This document shows, piece after piece, positions 36,783 through 45,911 of a stretch of DNA of 54,220 bases; the first letter of the stretch is position 1; every line of letters starts with the position of its first letter. The notes under the pieces were generated by a model that searched no databases, had not been told where the DNA came from, and was given only the letters and a program-made list of their open reading frames with translations. This DNA is from Candidatus Eiseniibacteriota bacterium (GTDB lineage: Bacteria; Eisenbacteria; RBG-16-71-46; SZUA-252). Both the position numbers and the translations under genes were made by a program. The DNA is taken from NCBI GenBank assembly GCA_031397435.1, contig JANNMC010000035.1:1-54220 (forward strand), in the 5' to 3' direction.

Positions 36783-39065
36783 GTGCCGTTCCTTTTCCTG
36801 TTTGTCGTGGCGGCTATCGTCCTCGCCGTGCCGCCGATTCGCCGCGCTGTTCTGACTCGCTTCCTCATGCCGATTCTCTCCGGCGTCATTCCCCGGATGA
36901 GCGAAACGGAGCGGATCGCGCTCGAAGCGGGCACCGTCTGGTGGGACGCCGAGCTCTTCTCGGGTAATCCCCGGTGGGACCGGCTCCTCTCGTTCAAGTC
37001 GAAGCCGCTGACCGACGAGGAGCGCGAGTTCCTGAACGGCCCGACGGAGGAGCTCTGCCGTCTGGTCGACGATTGGGACGTGAATCGCCGCGGCGATCTC
37101 TCGCCGGAGGCATGGGCGTACCTCAAGAAGGAGCGCTTCTTCGGGATGATCATTCCGAAGGAATACGGCGGACGCGGGTTCTCGGCCGCGGCGCACTCCG
37201 CGGTCATCACAAAGATCTCGAGCCGAAGTGTCACAGCCTCCGTGACGGCGATGATTCCCAATTCGCTCGGACCGGCCGAACTCCTCCTCCACTACGGTAC
37301 CGACGAGCAGAAGCGTCACTACCTGCCGCGCCTCGCACGCGGCGAGGAAATTCCCGCCTTCGCGCTCACGGAGCCCGAGGCGGGGAGCGACGCAACCTCG
37401 CAGAAGAGCACGGGCATCGTCTGCAAGGGGATGTGGGAGGGGAAGGAAGTCCTGGGCCTTCGGCTCAACTGGGCGAAGCGCTACATCACGCTCGCCCCCC
37501 ACGCCACTGTGCTCGGCCTCGCGTTCCGGCTGCGCGACCCGGAGAGGCTCCTGGGTGGAAAGGAAGAGCCCGGCATTACCTGCGCGCTCCTCCCGACGAA
37601 CGTCCCGGGCGTCGAGGTCGGCCTGCGCCACGATCCACTCGGCGTGCCGTTCCTGAACGGCCCGACATTCGGCAAGGACGTCTTCGTCCCGATCGACGTG
37701 ATCATCGGCGGGCCGAAGAACGCGGGAACGGGCTGGAAGATGCTCATGGAGAATCTGGCCGCGGGGCGCGGCATCGCGCTCCCGTCGCTCGCGGCCGGCT
37801 CGGCACAACTCGCCGCGCGCGTCGCCTCGGCGCACGCCACCGTGCGGGAGCAGTTCGGAATGCCGATTGGCCGCTTCGAGGGAATCGAGGAGCCGCTGGC
37901 GCGGATCGGCGCCTCGGCTTACTGGATGAACGCCACGCGCCAGCTCACGCTCGGCGCGGTGGACGCGGGCGAGCGCCCCGCCGTCCTCTCGGCGATCGTG
38001 AAAGCGTACCTGACCGAGGGAATGCGCGGAGCGGTGAACGACGCCATGGACGTGCAGGCCGGCGGAGGCATTTCGCGCGGTCCGCGAAACATCCTGGCCG
38101 GCGCCTACATGGCCGTGCCGGTCGGCATCACGGTAGAAGGGGCGAACATCCTCACGCGGACGCTGATCATCTACGGCCAGGGGGCCATCCGGTGCCATCC
38201 GTGGGTGCAGAAGGAGATGGCCGCCGTCGCGGCGAAGGATTTGGTCGCGTTCGATCACGCGCTCTTCGGGCATCTCGGCATGGTTGCCTCGAACGCCATC
38301 CGCTCGCTCGTCTATGGACTCACGGGAGGCGCGCTGGCTTCCTCGCCGGTCGGAGGAGCCGCGGGAGACTCGATCCGGCGCCTGGCTCGGACCAGCGCCA
38401 ACTTCGCGCTCGTCTCCGATGCCGCGATGGCAACGCTGGGCGGGACACTGAAGCGGAAGGAGAAGATCAGCGGGCGGCTGGCCGACGCGCTTGCCTGGAT
38501 GTACGTCGCGTCCGCGACGGTGAAACGCTACGTGGACGACGGGCAGCCGGCGAAGGAATTCCCCTACTTCCAGTACTCCATGGACAACGCGTTCTTCAAG
38601 GCGCAGACGGCGCTGGTGGGTGTTCTCGATAACCTGCCGAACCGTCCGGCCGCGTGGGCGCTACGCGTGGCGGTCTTCCCGTTCGGTCCGCGCTGGAAGG
38701 CGCCCTCCGACTCGCTTGGATCGAAAGTGGCGAAGTCGCTCCTGGACGATCGCGAGACACGAGCCAGGCTGACGGGAGACATCTTCATTCCGTCGAAGGA
38801 GCATCATGGCCTTGGCCGTTTGGAAGACGCGTACGAGAAGGCGCTGGCCGCGCGCTCCCTGGAGCGGAAATTGCGCGACGCGCTGAAGTCGGGCCACCTG
38901 CCCAAACCGGAGAAGAACGGCGATGGCGCCCTTAGCGCGGCGGTGGAGAAGGGCGTGCTGACGGCGGCCGAGGCGGAGCTGGTGAAGGCGGCTGTCGCCG
39001 CGCGGCTCGACGTGATCCAGGTCGACTCGTTCGACGCGGAGACGTTTCGGCACATCCGGCTCTAG
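36783..39065 (+). CDS. fadE: Long-form acyl-CoA dehydrogenase FadE
   Basis: GTG start 6 nt after AAGGAGGG. The N-terminal membrane-associated segment plus MSETERIALEAGTVWWDAELFSG parallels E. coli FadE. ACAD core and a long C-terminal helical domain. Confidence 0.92.
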   Translation: MPFLFLFVVAAIVLAVPPIRRAVLTRFLMPILSGVIPRMSETERIALEAGTVWWDAELFSGNPRWDRLLSFKSKPLTDEEREFLNGPTEELCRLVDDWDVNRRGDLSPEAWAYLKKERFFGMIIPKEYGGRGFSAAAHSAVITKISSRSVTASVTAMIPNSLGPAELLLHYGTDEQKRHYLPRLARGEEIPAFALTEPEAGSDATSQKSTGIVCKGMWEGKEVLGLRLNWAKRYITLAPHATVLGLAFRLRDPERLLGGKEEPGITCALLPTNVPGVEVGLRHDPLGVPFLNGPTFGKDVFVPIDVIIGGPKNAGTGWKMLMENLAAGRGIALPSLAAGSAQLAARVASAHATVREQFGMPIGRFEGIEEPLARIGASAYWMNATRQLTLGAVDAGERPAVLSAIVKAYLTEGMRGAVNDAMDVQAGGGISRGPRNILAGAYMAVPVGITVEGANILTRTLIIYGQGAIRCHPWVQKEMAAVAAKDLVAFDHALFGHLGMVASNAIRSLVYGLTGGALASSPVGGAAGDSIRRLARTSANFALVSDAAMATLGGTLKRKEKISGRLADALAWMYVASATVKRYVDDGQPAKEFPYFQYSMDNAFFKAQTALVGVLDNLPNRPAAWALRVAVFPFGPRWKAPSDSLGSKVAKSLLDDRETRARLTGDIFIPSKEHHGLGRLEDAYEKALAARSLERKLRDALKSGHLPKPEKNGDGALSAAVEKGVLTAAEAELVKAAVAARLDVIQVDSFDAETFRHIRL

Positions 39066-39093
39066 CGGCGTTACAAACGGTTACGAAGTCGTG

Positions 39094-41661
39094 TCACCGC
39101 GGAGCGATCTGAAGCCGCGCGCGTCGTAAGCCTTCGGCGGCCGCCGGATCGCCCGCCACCGTGGCGCGCGCCGCCGCCTCTTCCAGTATCGAAGACATCG
39201 TGGCTGGCGACTCCGTGCTCCCATGGCGCAGCGAGCGCACGAGGTCATCCACCGCCGCGTCGTTCCATCCGAGAATCTCCTCCGACGATTGAGCCGTCAG
39301 GAGATCGAACGGCGCGCGGTGCTCCAGCCAGCCGTTGTCGTCGGTGTTCACCGGTCCGGGGCCCGCTTCCGCCGCCACGCGGTCGAGGCGTCCCCGGTAG
39401 TAACGCAGCAGGTCGGACGGCCGCTCCACGCCCACTCGCGCCAGATCGGCGGCCACGGTCGGTTCGCGGAAGGCTGCTTCCCACGCGGCCATGTCGAGCG
39501 GCACCTCGGCGTTCGGCGAGGCGAGAATGATGAGATCGGCGGCCGAATCGACGTAGAAGATCTGCCCGTGCGGAAACGTCCGCGCCAGCGTCCGGATCAC
39601 GGCGCGGATCGCATCGGGTGAAATCTGGTAGCATTGCACCCACTGGCAAAGCACGCCGCCCGGGCGAAGCCGCGTGGCGGCGATGCGGTAGAAGTCGTCG
39701 GAGAAGAGGTCGCCCATTCCGGCGATCCAGAAGTTCGACGGCTCCGACACGATCACGTCGTACGCGCGCTTCTCCGACCGAAGCACCAGGCTCGCGTCCT
39801 CCACCAGCATCCGGTGGCGCGGATTCTTCAGCGGGTCGCCTGCGCTCTCGCGGAAGAACGGGGCCGCCTCCACGACGGCCGGTTCCAGCTCCACGGTGCG
39901 AACTTCCCTCACGTCGTGCGTCAGCGCCGCCCCTGTCGTCACGCCGCTTCCATACCCGATGACGAAGACGTCGGCCGCCTTCGGTGTGACCAGGAGCGGG
40001 AGATGCCCCACGAGCACCTGGGTTCTCATGTCGGAGCCGGCGCCCGTCGTGGCGTCCGCCTTGCCGTTGATGAGGAGCGTCCGCTGCCCCTGCGTCTCGA
40101 TCACCGCGACGCTCGCGACCGGCCCTTCGCGATAGAAGAGAAGCGTGCCGAGGTCGGGCCGCGCTCCCACGGCGTCGATGACCTTGTGCGTCATCGCCTC
40201 GCCTCCGAACCAGTAAGAGCGGAGGAGGCGGATCAATCCGATGCTCATTCGTTCCTGGCTCCAGGTGGGCATGGCCACCACGGCGAACGCCACCGCGCCC
40301 GCGACGACGAGGCCCGCGCCTAGCCGGCGCCCTCGCGCGGCCGGCTCGCCACCCAGGAGCGCGCCAATGCCGAGGAGCGCGTTCGCGGCGGCCGCGCCCA
40401 GGATCGCCACCGGCGCACCAAACGTCGGGATGAAGATGTAGGCGGTCAGGAGAGAGCCGGCGATCGAACCGGCCGTGTTCGCGGCGTAGACGGCGCCGGT
40501 CGCCCGGGACGCTTCGTACCCGGCCGCGCGCCGCACCGCGACCGCCACGGGAAAGAGCGCGCCGAGGAGAATGGTCGGAGGCAGAAGGAGCACCGCGGTG
40601 ATCCCCGCCTCGGCGGCCAGAAGTTTCGGGACACTCCCGGCGGAAGCGGCGATGGCGGCCGTCTGCCAGTGGGGGAGCTGCTGCAGCGCATGGAGCCCGC
40701 CCGCCACGGTTGCCGCCAGCCCCACCTGCAGCACGCCGAAGAGCGCCACTGGCGCCCGCACGCGGCGAAGCGCCCGATCCGCGCCCGCCGCGCCTAGCGC
40801 CAGGCCGAGCAGGTAGATCGCGAGGATCGCCGAGAAGGCGTAGGTGATCCCGCCGAACGGCACCGTGAGGAGCCGGGTCCAGGCGACCTGATAGAGGATG
40901 GCGGCCATCCCCGAAAGCGCGAACGCGGGGAGGAGCCATCGCGCGAACGGCGGCGACTTGGCAGGTTCGCCCGCGGCGGGAGATGGCACCGGGTCCGGCG
41001 CGGTCTCCCGAGGCGCCGGCGAGGGCATGCGGGCAAGCAGCAGCGCCGCAGCCAGCAGGAGATCGAGGCAGCCGGCGGCGATCGCGGTGCGGGCCAGCCC
41101 GAACTCGGGGACCAGCAGGAAGCCCGCCAGCACGGTCCCGGCCACGGCTCCACCCGTATTGATCGCGTAGAGCCGAGCAACCGAAGCCGATGCCTCGCGC
41201 GGCCGGCGGCGGGCGGCATCCTCCACGATCAGGGGGAGGGTGGCCCCCATCGCGATCGTCGGGATCATGAGAGCGGCGAAAAGGAGGAGGAACCGGAGGC
41301 CGTGGAAGAGCGGGCCGGCGCCCCCCAGCGCTTCATAGAGTCCCGAGAAGAGCGGTCGGGCCGCCTGGTAGGCGAAGGGGGAGGCGAGCGCGAGAATGCC
41401 GACAACCCCCTCCAGCATCGCATAGCCGTACAAGGGGTTTCGGAGTTTTGCCGCGCGCCGGCCCGCCAGTGCCGCCCCCAGGCCCAGCCCCCCCAGGAAC
41501 GCGGCCACCACCGTGGCGATGCCATGGACCGAGTTTCCAAGGAGCAGGGAGAGGTACTTGGACCAGACGACTTCCAGGGCAAGCCCCGCCGCGCCCGAGA
41601 GGAAGAAACAGATCGGGACGAGGGCCCGCGAAGGATCGGCGGCGCGTGTGTTCTTGGTCAT
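39094..41661 (-). CDS. Fused polytopic membrane / spermidine synthase-like (aminopropyltransferase fold) protein
   Basis: About 12-13 TM helices are followed by VIGYGSGVTTG and DVIVSEPSN methyltransferase-fold motifs and a helical C-terminal tail. The ATG at 41661 is preferred; the track start at 41697 is a TTG. Confidence 0.85.
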   Translation of the reverse strand: MTKNTRAADPSRALVPICFFLSGAAGLALEVVWSKYLSLLLGNSVHGIATVVAAFLGGLGLGAALAGRRAAKLRNPLYGYAMLEGVVGILALASPFAYQAARPLFSGLYEALGGAGPLFHGLRFLLLFAALMIPTIAMGATLPLIVEDAARRRPREASASVARLYAINTGGAVAGTVLAGFLLVPEFGLARTAIAAGCLDLLLAAALLLARMPSPAPRETAPDPVPSPAAGEPAKSPPFARWLLPAFALSGMAAILYQVAWTRLLTVPFGGITYAFSAILAIYLLGLALGAAGADRALRRVRAPVALFGVLQVGLAATVAGGLHALQQLPHWQTAAIAASAGSVPKLLAAEAGITAVLLLPPTILLGALFPVAVAVRRAAGYEASRATGAVYAANTAGSIAGSLLTAYIFIPTFGAPVAILGAAAANALLGIGALLGGEPAARGRRLGAGLVVAGAVAFAVVAMPTWSQERMSIGLIRLLRSYWFGGEAMTHKVIDAVGARPDLGTLLFYREGPVASVAVIETQGQRTLLINGKADATTGAGSDMRTQVLVGHLPLLVTPKAADVFVIGYGSGVTTGAALTHDVREVRTVELEPAVVEAAPFFRESAGDPLKNPRHRMLVEDASLVLRSEKRAYDVIVSEPSNFWIAGMGDLFSDDFYRIAATRLRPGGVLCQWVQCYQISPDAIRAVIRTLARTFPHGQIFYVDSAADLIILASPNAEVPLDMAAWEAAFREPTVAADLARVGVERPSDLLRYYRGRLDRVAAEAGPGPVNTDDNGWLEHRAPFDLLTAQSSEEILGWNDAAVDDLVRSLRHGSTESPATMSSILEEAAARATVAGDPAAAEGLRRARLQIAPR

Positions 41662-41710
41662 TTGGTCATTGGTGAGGGTTGGCTTCGTAGGATACAATTA
41701 TCGGGTTCGC

Positions 41711-44551
41711 ATGGCGACCCCGACCTGTCGGAATGCCCTCCTGGGGGCGTTCCTCCTCATCTTCGCCGCGGCATTCGCCGCGCCATGCGAGGCGGCACCC
41801 CGTCCGGTAGAGCCGGAAAAGGCGCCTGTCCTCGAGCGGGGAGTCGTGCGCGAAGAGTTCCCCGTCTGGACGACTCCCGCTAAACCTTCCCAGAATCTCT
41901 CCCGCCGTCCACACCGTGTCCCGCCTCCGCTCGAGGAAGTCGTCGTTTTCAGCGATAGCCTCGAAGGGCGCCCGCTCGACGACGACGGCGGATGGACGCA
42001 CTCCGACGCATCGGGAGAGCCGGCCGCGTGGCATATCGACAGCCTTCTGGCCTGCCAGGGGAAGGCGTGGTGGTGCGGCATCGTCGACTCTTCCTGGATC
42101 TACGACTCCAACCGCGCGGGCTACGCGAATTCGTGGACTCACTACTTGGAGAACTCCGTCCGGCTCGACACGATTCCCGCGGGGACCACGGCAAGGATCG
42201 GATTCCGGCACACGTTCAGCGCCGAGAAGGACTACGACTACGGCAGGCTTCAGGCCCTCGACCTTACGTTCGGATGGGTGGAACTCGCGACGTTCACCGG
42301 CGAGGTTCCGACCCACGGGAGCTGCGACACGTTCAGCGTCGCGATTCCGGAGTCGATTCGCGTTCAGTACTACCAGGACCCCCAAAATCCGCTCCCGGTC
42401 TACTTCCGCTTCGTCTTCGAATCGGACATCGGCTTCTCCTCGGCCGACGGGCTCTACGACGGCGATGGATGGACGATCGATAACATCACGGTTCGCGCGG
42501 GGACGCAGGTCCGCTTCTTCGACAACTGTGAGAACGGCATCGGAAACTGGTCATGGACGGTGCTCCCCCCGGTGGGCGATTTCTTCGCGCTCTCGAACAA
42601 CGTCATCACCGAAGACCTATGCACCGACAACCGCTCGAACGTCTGGACCTGCTGGGATCCGGTCGTTCAGTCGTTGATTCCGCGAATCAACAACCTGCTG
42701 AATACACCGGCAGTCGGAGTGAACCGGGCCGACCGCGTCGTCGTGAATTTCGACGTCTACCGGAACCTGCCGCTCAATGCCTGCTTCTACTACCACATGA
42801 ACTACCGGTCGAAGAACATCGGCGATGCCGACTGGGGCGCCTGGACCGACCCCACGCGACTTCTCTACTACGGCGCCACGAAGGATTGGGCGCGGCAGAA
42901 GGTCGTCCTGGCAGGCGCCTCGGGGAAGGACTCGGTCATGGTGCAGCTCGCGATCACCGACTTCGGGCAGATCTACTGCGAGGGCAGCCAGTCGGCCAAC
43001 GGCGTCTACACCTTCTTCGACAACGTCGCGGTCGGCATCACGGGGACATCGCCGCCGATCATCATCCAACGCGACCTGGATCTCTTCCAGGACACCTTCG
43101 AGACGTCGGCGTTCTTCCAGAACGACAACATCAATAGCGCGCTCGGCGACAGCGCCGTCGTTCAGGTCACCACGCCGCGCGGGTACAAGAGCGGCTTCCT
43201 GAACTACCGCGTGAACGGGGGATCGTTCCAGGCAGTTCCGCTGGTGGTTTCCGCGCCGGCGCTTCCGACGATCCGGTACGCCGATGTCGCGCCGGGGAAT
43301 TACCCGTCGAACAGTCTGGTCGAGTACTACTTCGCGGTGACCGACAGCCAGAACACGACGACGCTGCTTCCCTGGGACGCCGTCGCCAACAACGAGTTCT
43401 TCTCGATGTCGGTCCTTCCGATGAAGAGCGCCACCAATCCGGTGCTCTCCTGCTTCGACAGTCTGGCGTCGATTCTCTTCATCAACAACTTCGCGGGCCG
43501 CGAGCCGAAGCCCTACTTCGCGGAAGCGCTGAAGGCCTTGGGTTACAAGTTCGACCAGTGGGACGTGAATGGGCCGAGCAGCCTCATTGGAAACACGCCG
43601 GCCGGATCGACGCCGGGTGGACTTTACGACTGGCCCCCCACCACGGTCAGCAGCCTGCTCCAGTACAAGACGATCATCTGGCACTCGGGGAACCTAAGCG
43701 CGCAGCCGCTCCGGCAGGAAGACCAGGCGATGATCCAGTCGTGGATTCAGCAGCCGGGCGCCGATCGGAATCTCTGGATGAGCGGTGACGACATCGCGAC
43801 CGCGCTCTGGGCAGGGGATGAGTTCAACTCCTTCATGTCGTTCACGCTCGGTGTTCGATTCATCCGCGATCTGTGGGAGAGCTTCCCGCAAGACACGCTC
43901 CATCCAGTTGTCCAGGGATACTCCGGCTCGCCGACCGCAAACCGCTTCTTCCACGCGAACGCCGATTGTCCCCTGGTGGACGATTTCGACATGATCGCCA
44001 GCTCCAACTCCGCGATCCTGGGCGGGAAAGCCGGCCTCTACCTCAAGTGGCCGAACAATCTGGGGGCGGCCACGCGCTACGCCACGAAATACGTCTCGTT
44101 CGGGTCGGATAGCGCGCGCGTCGTCTTCCAGGCATTCTCGTTCAATAACATCGAAGAGGGCGGGGAGCGACTTCAGTTGACGTCCGGAACCTTGCAGAAC
44201 TACTTCAAGATGAACCCCTGCTACTTCGCCACCGGAGTCGGAGAAGATCTGGTGGGGGCGTCGCCGGGAGTTCCGAACCGGCTCTTCCAGAACGCGCCCA
44301 ATCCGTTCAATCCCGAGACTGCCATCCGCTACTCGGTCGGCTCGGCGGGCGCGGTCACCATCCGTATCTTCAACGCCTCCGGCTCGCTGGTCCGCTCCCT
44401 GGTGGACCGCCCGCACGCCGCCGGCGCCTACACCGTCCGCTGGAACGGCACCGACGACCACGGCCGACGCCTGGGGAGCGGAGTCTACTTCTACGAGATC
44501 CAGACCGCCGGAGGCTTCCGCGACTCGCGGAAACTCGTGCTGTTGAAGTAG
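41711..44551 (+). CDS. Large secreted protein with FlgD-Ig/T9SS-type C-terminal domain
   Basis: The ATG at 41711 gives the signal peptide LLIFAAAFAAPCEA. The last approximately 85 aa (FQNAPNPFNPETAIRYSV...GVYFYEIQTAGGFRDSRKLVLLK, about 44285-44548) resemble the FlgD-Ig/Por secretion-tail type. The upstream part has repeated beta-sandwich-like GWT..DN(I/V) segments. Confidence 0.8.
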   Translation: MATPTCRNALLGAFLLIFAAAFAAPCEAAPRPVEPEKAPVLERGVVREEFPVWTTPAKPSQNLSRRPHRVPPPLEEVVVFSDSLEGRPLDDDGGWTHSDASGEPAAWHIDSLLACQGKAWWCGIVDSSWIYDSNRAGYANSWTHYLENSVRLDTIPAGTTARIGFRHTFSAEKDYDYGRLQALDLTFGWVELATFTGEVPTHGSCDTFSVAIPESIRVQYYQDPQNPLPVYFRFVFESDIGFSSADGLYDGDGWTIDNITVRAGTQVRFFDNCENGIGNWSWTVLPPVGDFFALSNNVITEDLCTDNRSNVWTCWDPVVQSLIPRINNLLNTPAVGVNRADRVVVNFDVYRNLPLNACFYYHMNYRSKNIGDADWGAWTDPTRLLYYGATKDWARQKVVLAGASGKDSVMVQLAITDFGQIYCEGSQSANGVYTFFDNVAVGITGTSPPIIIQRDLDLFQDTFETSAFFQNDNINSALGDSAVVQVTTPRGYKSGFLNYRVNGGSFQAVPLVVSAPALPTIRYADVAPGNYPSNSLVEYYFAVTDSQNTTTLLPWDAVANNEFFSMSVLPMKSATNPVLSCFDSLASILFINNFAGREPKPYFAEALKALGYKFDQWDVNGPSSLIGNTPAGSTPGGLYDWPPTTVSSLLQYKTIIWHSGNLSAQPLRQEDQAMIQSWIQQPGADRNLWMSGDDIATALWAGDEFNSFMSFTLGVRFIRDLWESFPQDTLHPVVQGYSGSPTANRFFHANADCPLVDDFDMIASSNSAILGGKAGLYLKWPNNLGAATRYATKYVSFGSDSARVVFQAFSFNNIEEGGERLQLTSGTLQNYFKMNPCYFATGVGEDLVGASPGVPNRLFQNAPNPFNPETAIRYSVGSAGAVTIRIFNASGSLVRSLVDRPHAAGAYTVRWNGTDDHGRRLGSGVYFYEIQTAGGFRDSRKLVLLK

Positions 44552-44552
44552 G

Positions 44553-45278
44553 CTACTCCAGCGTCACGTCGACGTCGCCCGCGCCGACATTCACATCGAT
44601 TTCCGCTTCGCCCTTCCCCTCGCGCCACCGGACCGGTCCGCCCAGGACGCGCGCGTATTCGTGAGTCTTTCCGCCCTGATGGATCGTCGTTTCGCCGACC
44701 GCCATGTTCACATCGACCGAGCCGACATGGCGCTCCAGCATCCGCACGCTGATCTCCCCGGCGCCCAGGTCGATCGAGAGATCGCGCCGGAGCCCTTCCA
44801 CGTTCACTTCGCCGGCGCCCATGTTGAGTTCGACCTGCAGCGAGCGGGGAACTTCCACGACGATCGATAGGTCGCTGTCGTGAGAGTCGTGATGGCCGCG
44901 TTGCCGCTCGCCACGGGCGTGCCGATCGTGATCGCGCTCCATGTTCCATACCTCGTGGTTGTCTGGTCGTTCGAGCTTCACGCGCAGCGTTCCGCCGCGG
45001 TTCGACGATTCGAGACGTAGGCCCTTCACAAACGATCCACAGTCGCCCCCGCCGTCGCACGAGGCTTTGACGCGTACGCGGACTTCCGGGGTGTCAGTAC
45101 CCTCGATGCGAATCTCTCCGAAGGGGATGCTGAGTTCGAGCCGCCGTGCGGTGTCGACCGAGTATTCGCCGGTCATCGCTCGCGTGACGGCGGCATGGGT
45201 GGGGGCTGCGGCGAGGAGGAGGAAGAGGACGGCGAGGGCTACGGGTTGGTGGGTACGGTGGGTGGGTCTGGCGTGCAT
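44553..45278 (-). CDS. DUF4097-like (putative adhesin/beta-helix) protein with a His/Asp-rich insert
   Basis: The ATG at 45278 gives a signal peptide ending THA. Repeated short beta-strand units (GEISV, GEVNV, GDVDV) are typical of DUF4097. The His-rich stretch ERDHDRHARGERQRGHHDSHDSD lies at about 44870-44945. Confidence 0.7.
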   Translation of the reverse strand: MHARPTHRTHQPVALAVLFLLLAAAPTHAAVTRAMTGEYSVDTARRLELSIPFGEIRIEGTDTPEVRVRVKASCDGGGDCGSFVKGLRLESSNRGGTLRVKLERPDNHEVWNMERDHDRHARGERQRGHHDSHDSDLSIVVEVPRSLQVELNMGAGEVNVEGLRRDLSIDLGAGEISVRMLERHVGSVDVNMAVGETTIHQGGKTHEYARVLGGPVRWREGKGEAEIDVNVGAGDVDVTLE

Positions 45279-45402
45279 GAGAAGCCTCCATTTCACGAGG
45301 GCGGGGATGGTGAACACACTACGCGGGTTGGGGGTCGCGGGTTTCGTGGGGTAGGGGGGATGATCGCTGGAGATCTGGAGTAGAAGGCTCGAAGCTCCGG
45401 GC

Positions 45403-45876
45403 CTAAGGGGATGCTTCCGGCGCCCTCGCGGGAATACCGAGCGTGAGCGAATACCAGTCGGCTACCTCCTCCGGATCGTGGAGATCCTCCCAAGCGGCTT
45501 CCACCGTGATCGTGGCGGCGTCCGAAAGTGCCCGATACGAGGCCCCGTCCGGGCCGTCTGCCTCGGCTTCGAGCGTCCATCCCGCGGAGCGGAGGCGATC
45601 GCGCAGCCACTCGTGGGGAATCGTATCCTCGGCGACCATCTCGAACGGTGCCGAGATCCTGACGACATACCCCGGAATCGAATCGCCGTTGGCGGGATTG
45701 GCGAACTTGCCGTAACGGACTTCCACCGGCGGCTTGAAGCGCTCGTTCAGCGCGGTGCGGAGGGAGTCGGCGAGCGCGGCGGCGGCGGGGGACTCGAGTT
45801 GCGGCTCCTGGTGGTGCTCCGTGCCGCAGCCGAGGAGGACCGCCGCGAGCATGGCTCCAGCGAGGTAGGCGCGCAT
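45403..45876 (-). CDS. Hypothetical lipoprotein
   Basis: The ATG at 45876 gives MRAYLAGAMLAAVLLGC with a lipobox. The alternative-frame ORF 45293-45934 is Arg-rich shadow. Confidence 0.6.
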   Translation of the reverse strand: MRAYLAGAMLAAVLLGCGTEHHQEPQLESPAAAALADSLRTALNERFKPPVEVRYGKFANPANGDSIPGYVVRISAPFEMVAEDTIPHEWLRDRLRSAGWTLEAEADGPDGASYRALSDAATITVEAAWEDLHDPEEVADWYSLTLGIPARAPEASP

Positions 45877-45911
45877 CGTCGGGCGGGGTGCCCCACGCCC
45901 CGACGAGTGAA

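Noticed and set aside
39066-39090. GTTAC-N5-GTTAC repeat (GTTACAAACGGTTACG), resembling the Pho-box half-sites, between fadE and the spermidine-synthase-like gene.
   Set aside because: It lies between two convergent stop codons, so there is no promoter to regulate. The period is 10 bp rather than 11 bp, and only the 5-mer is shared. It is probably chance.
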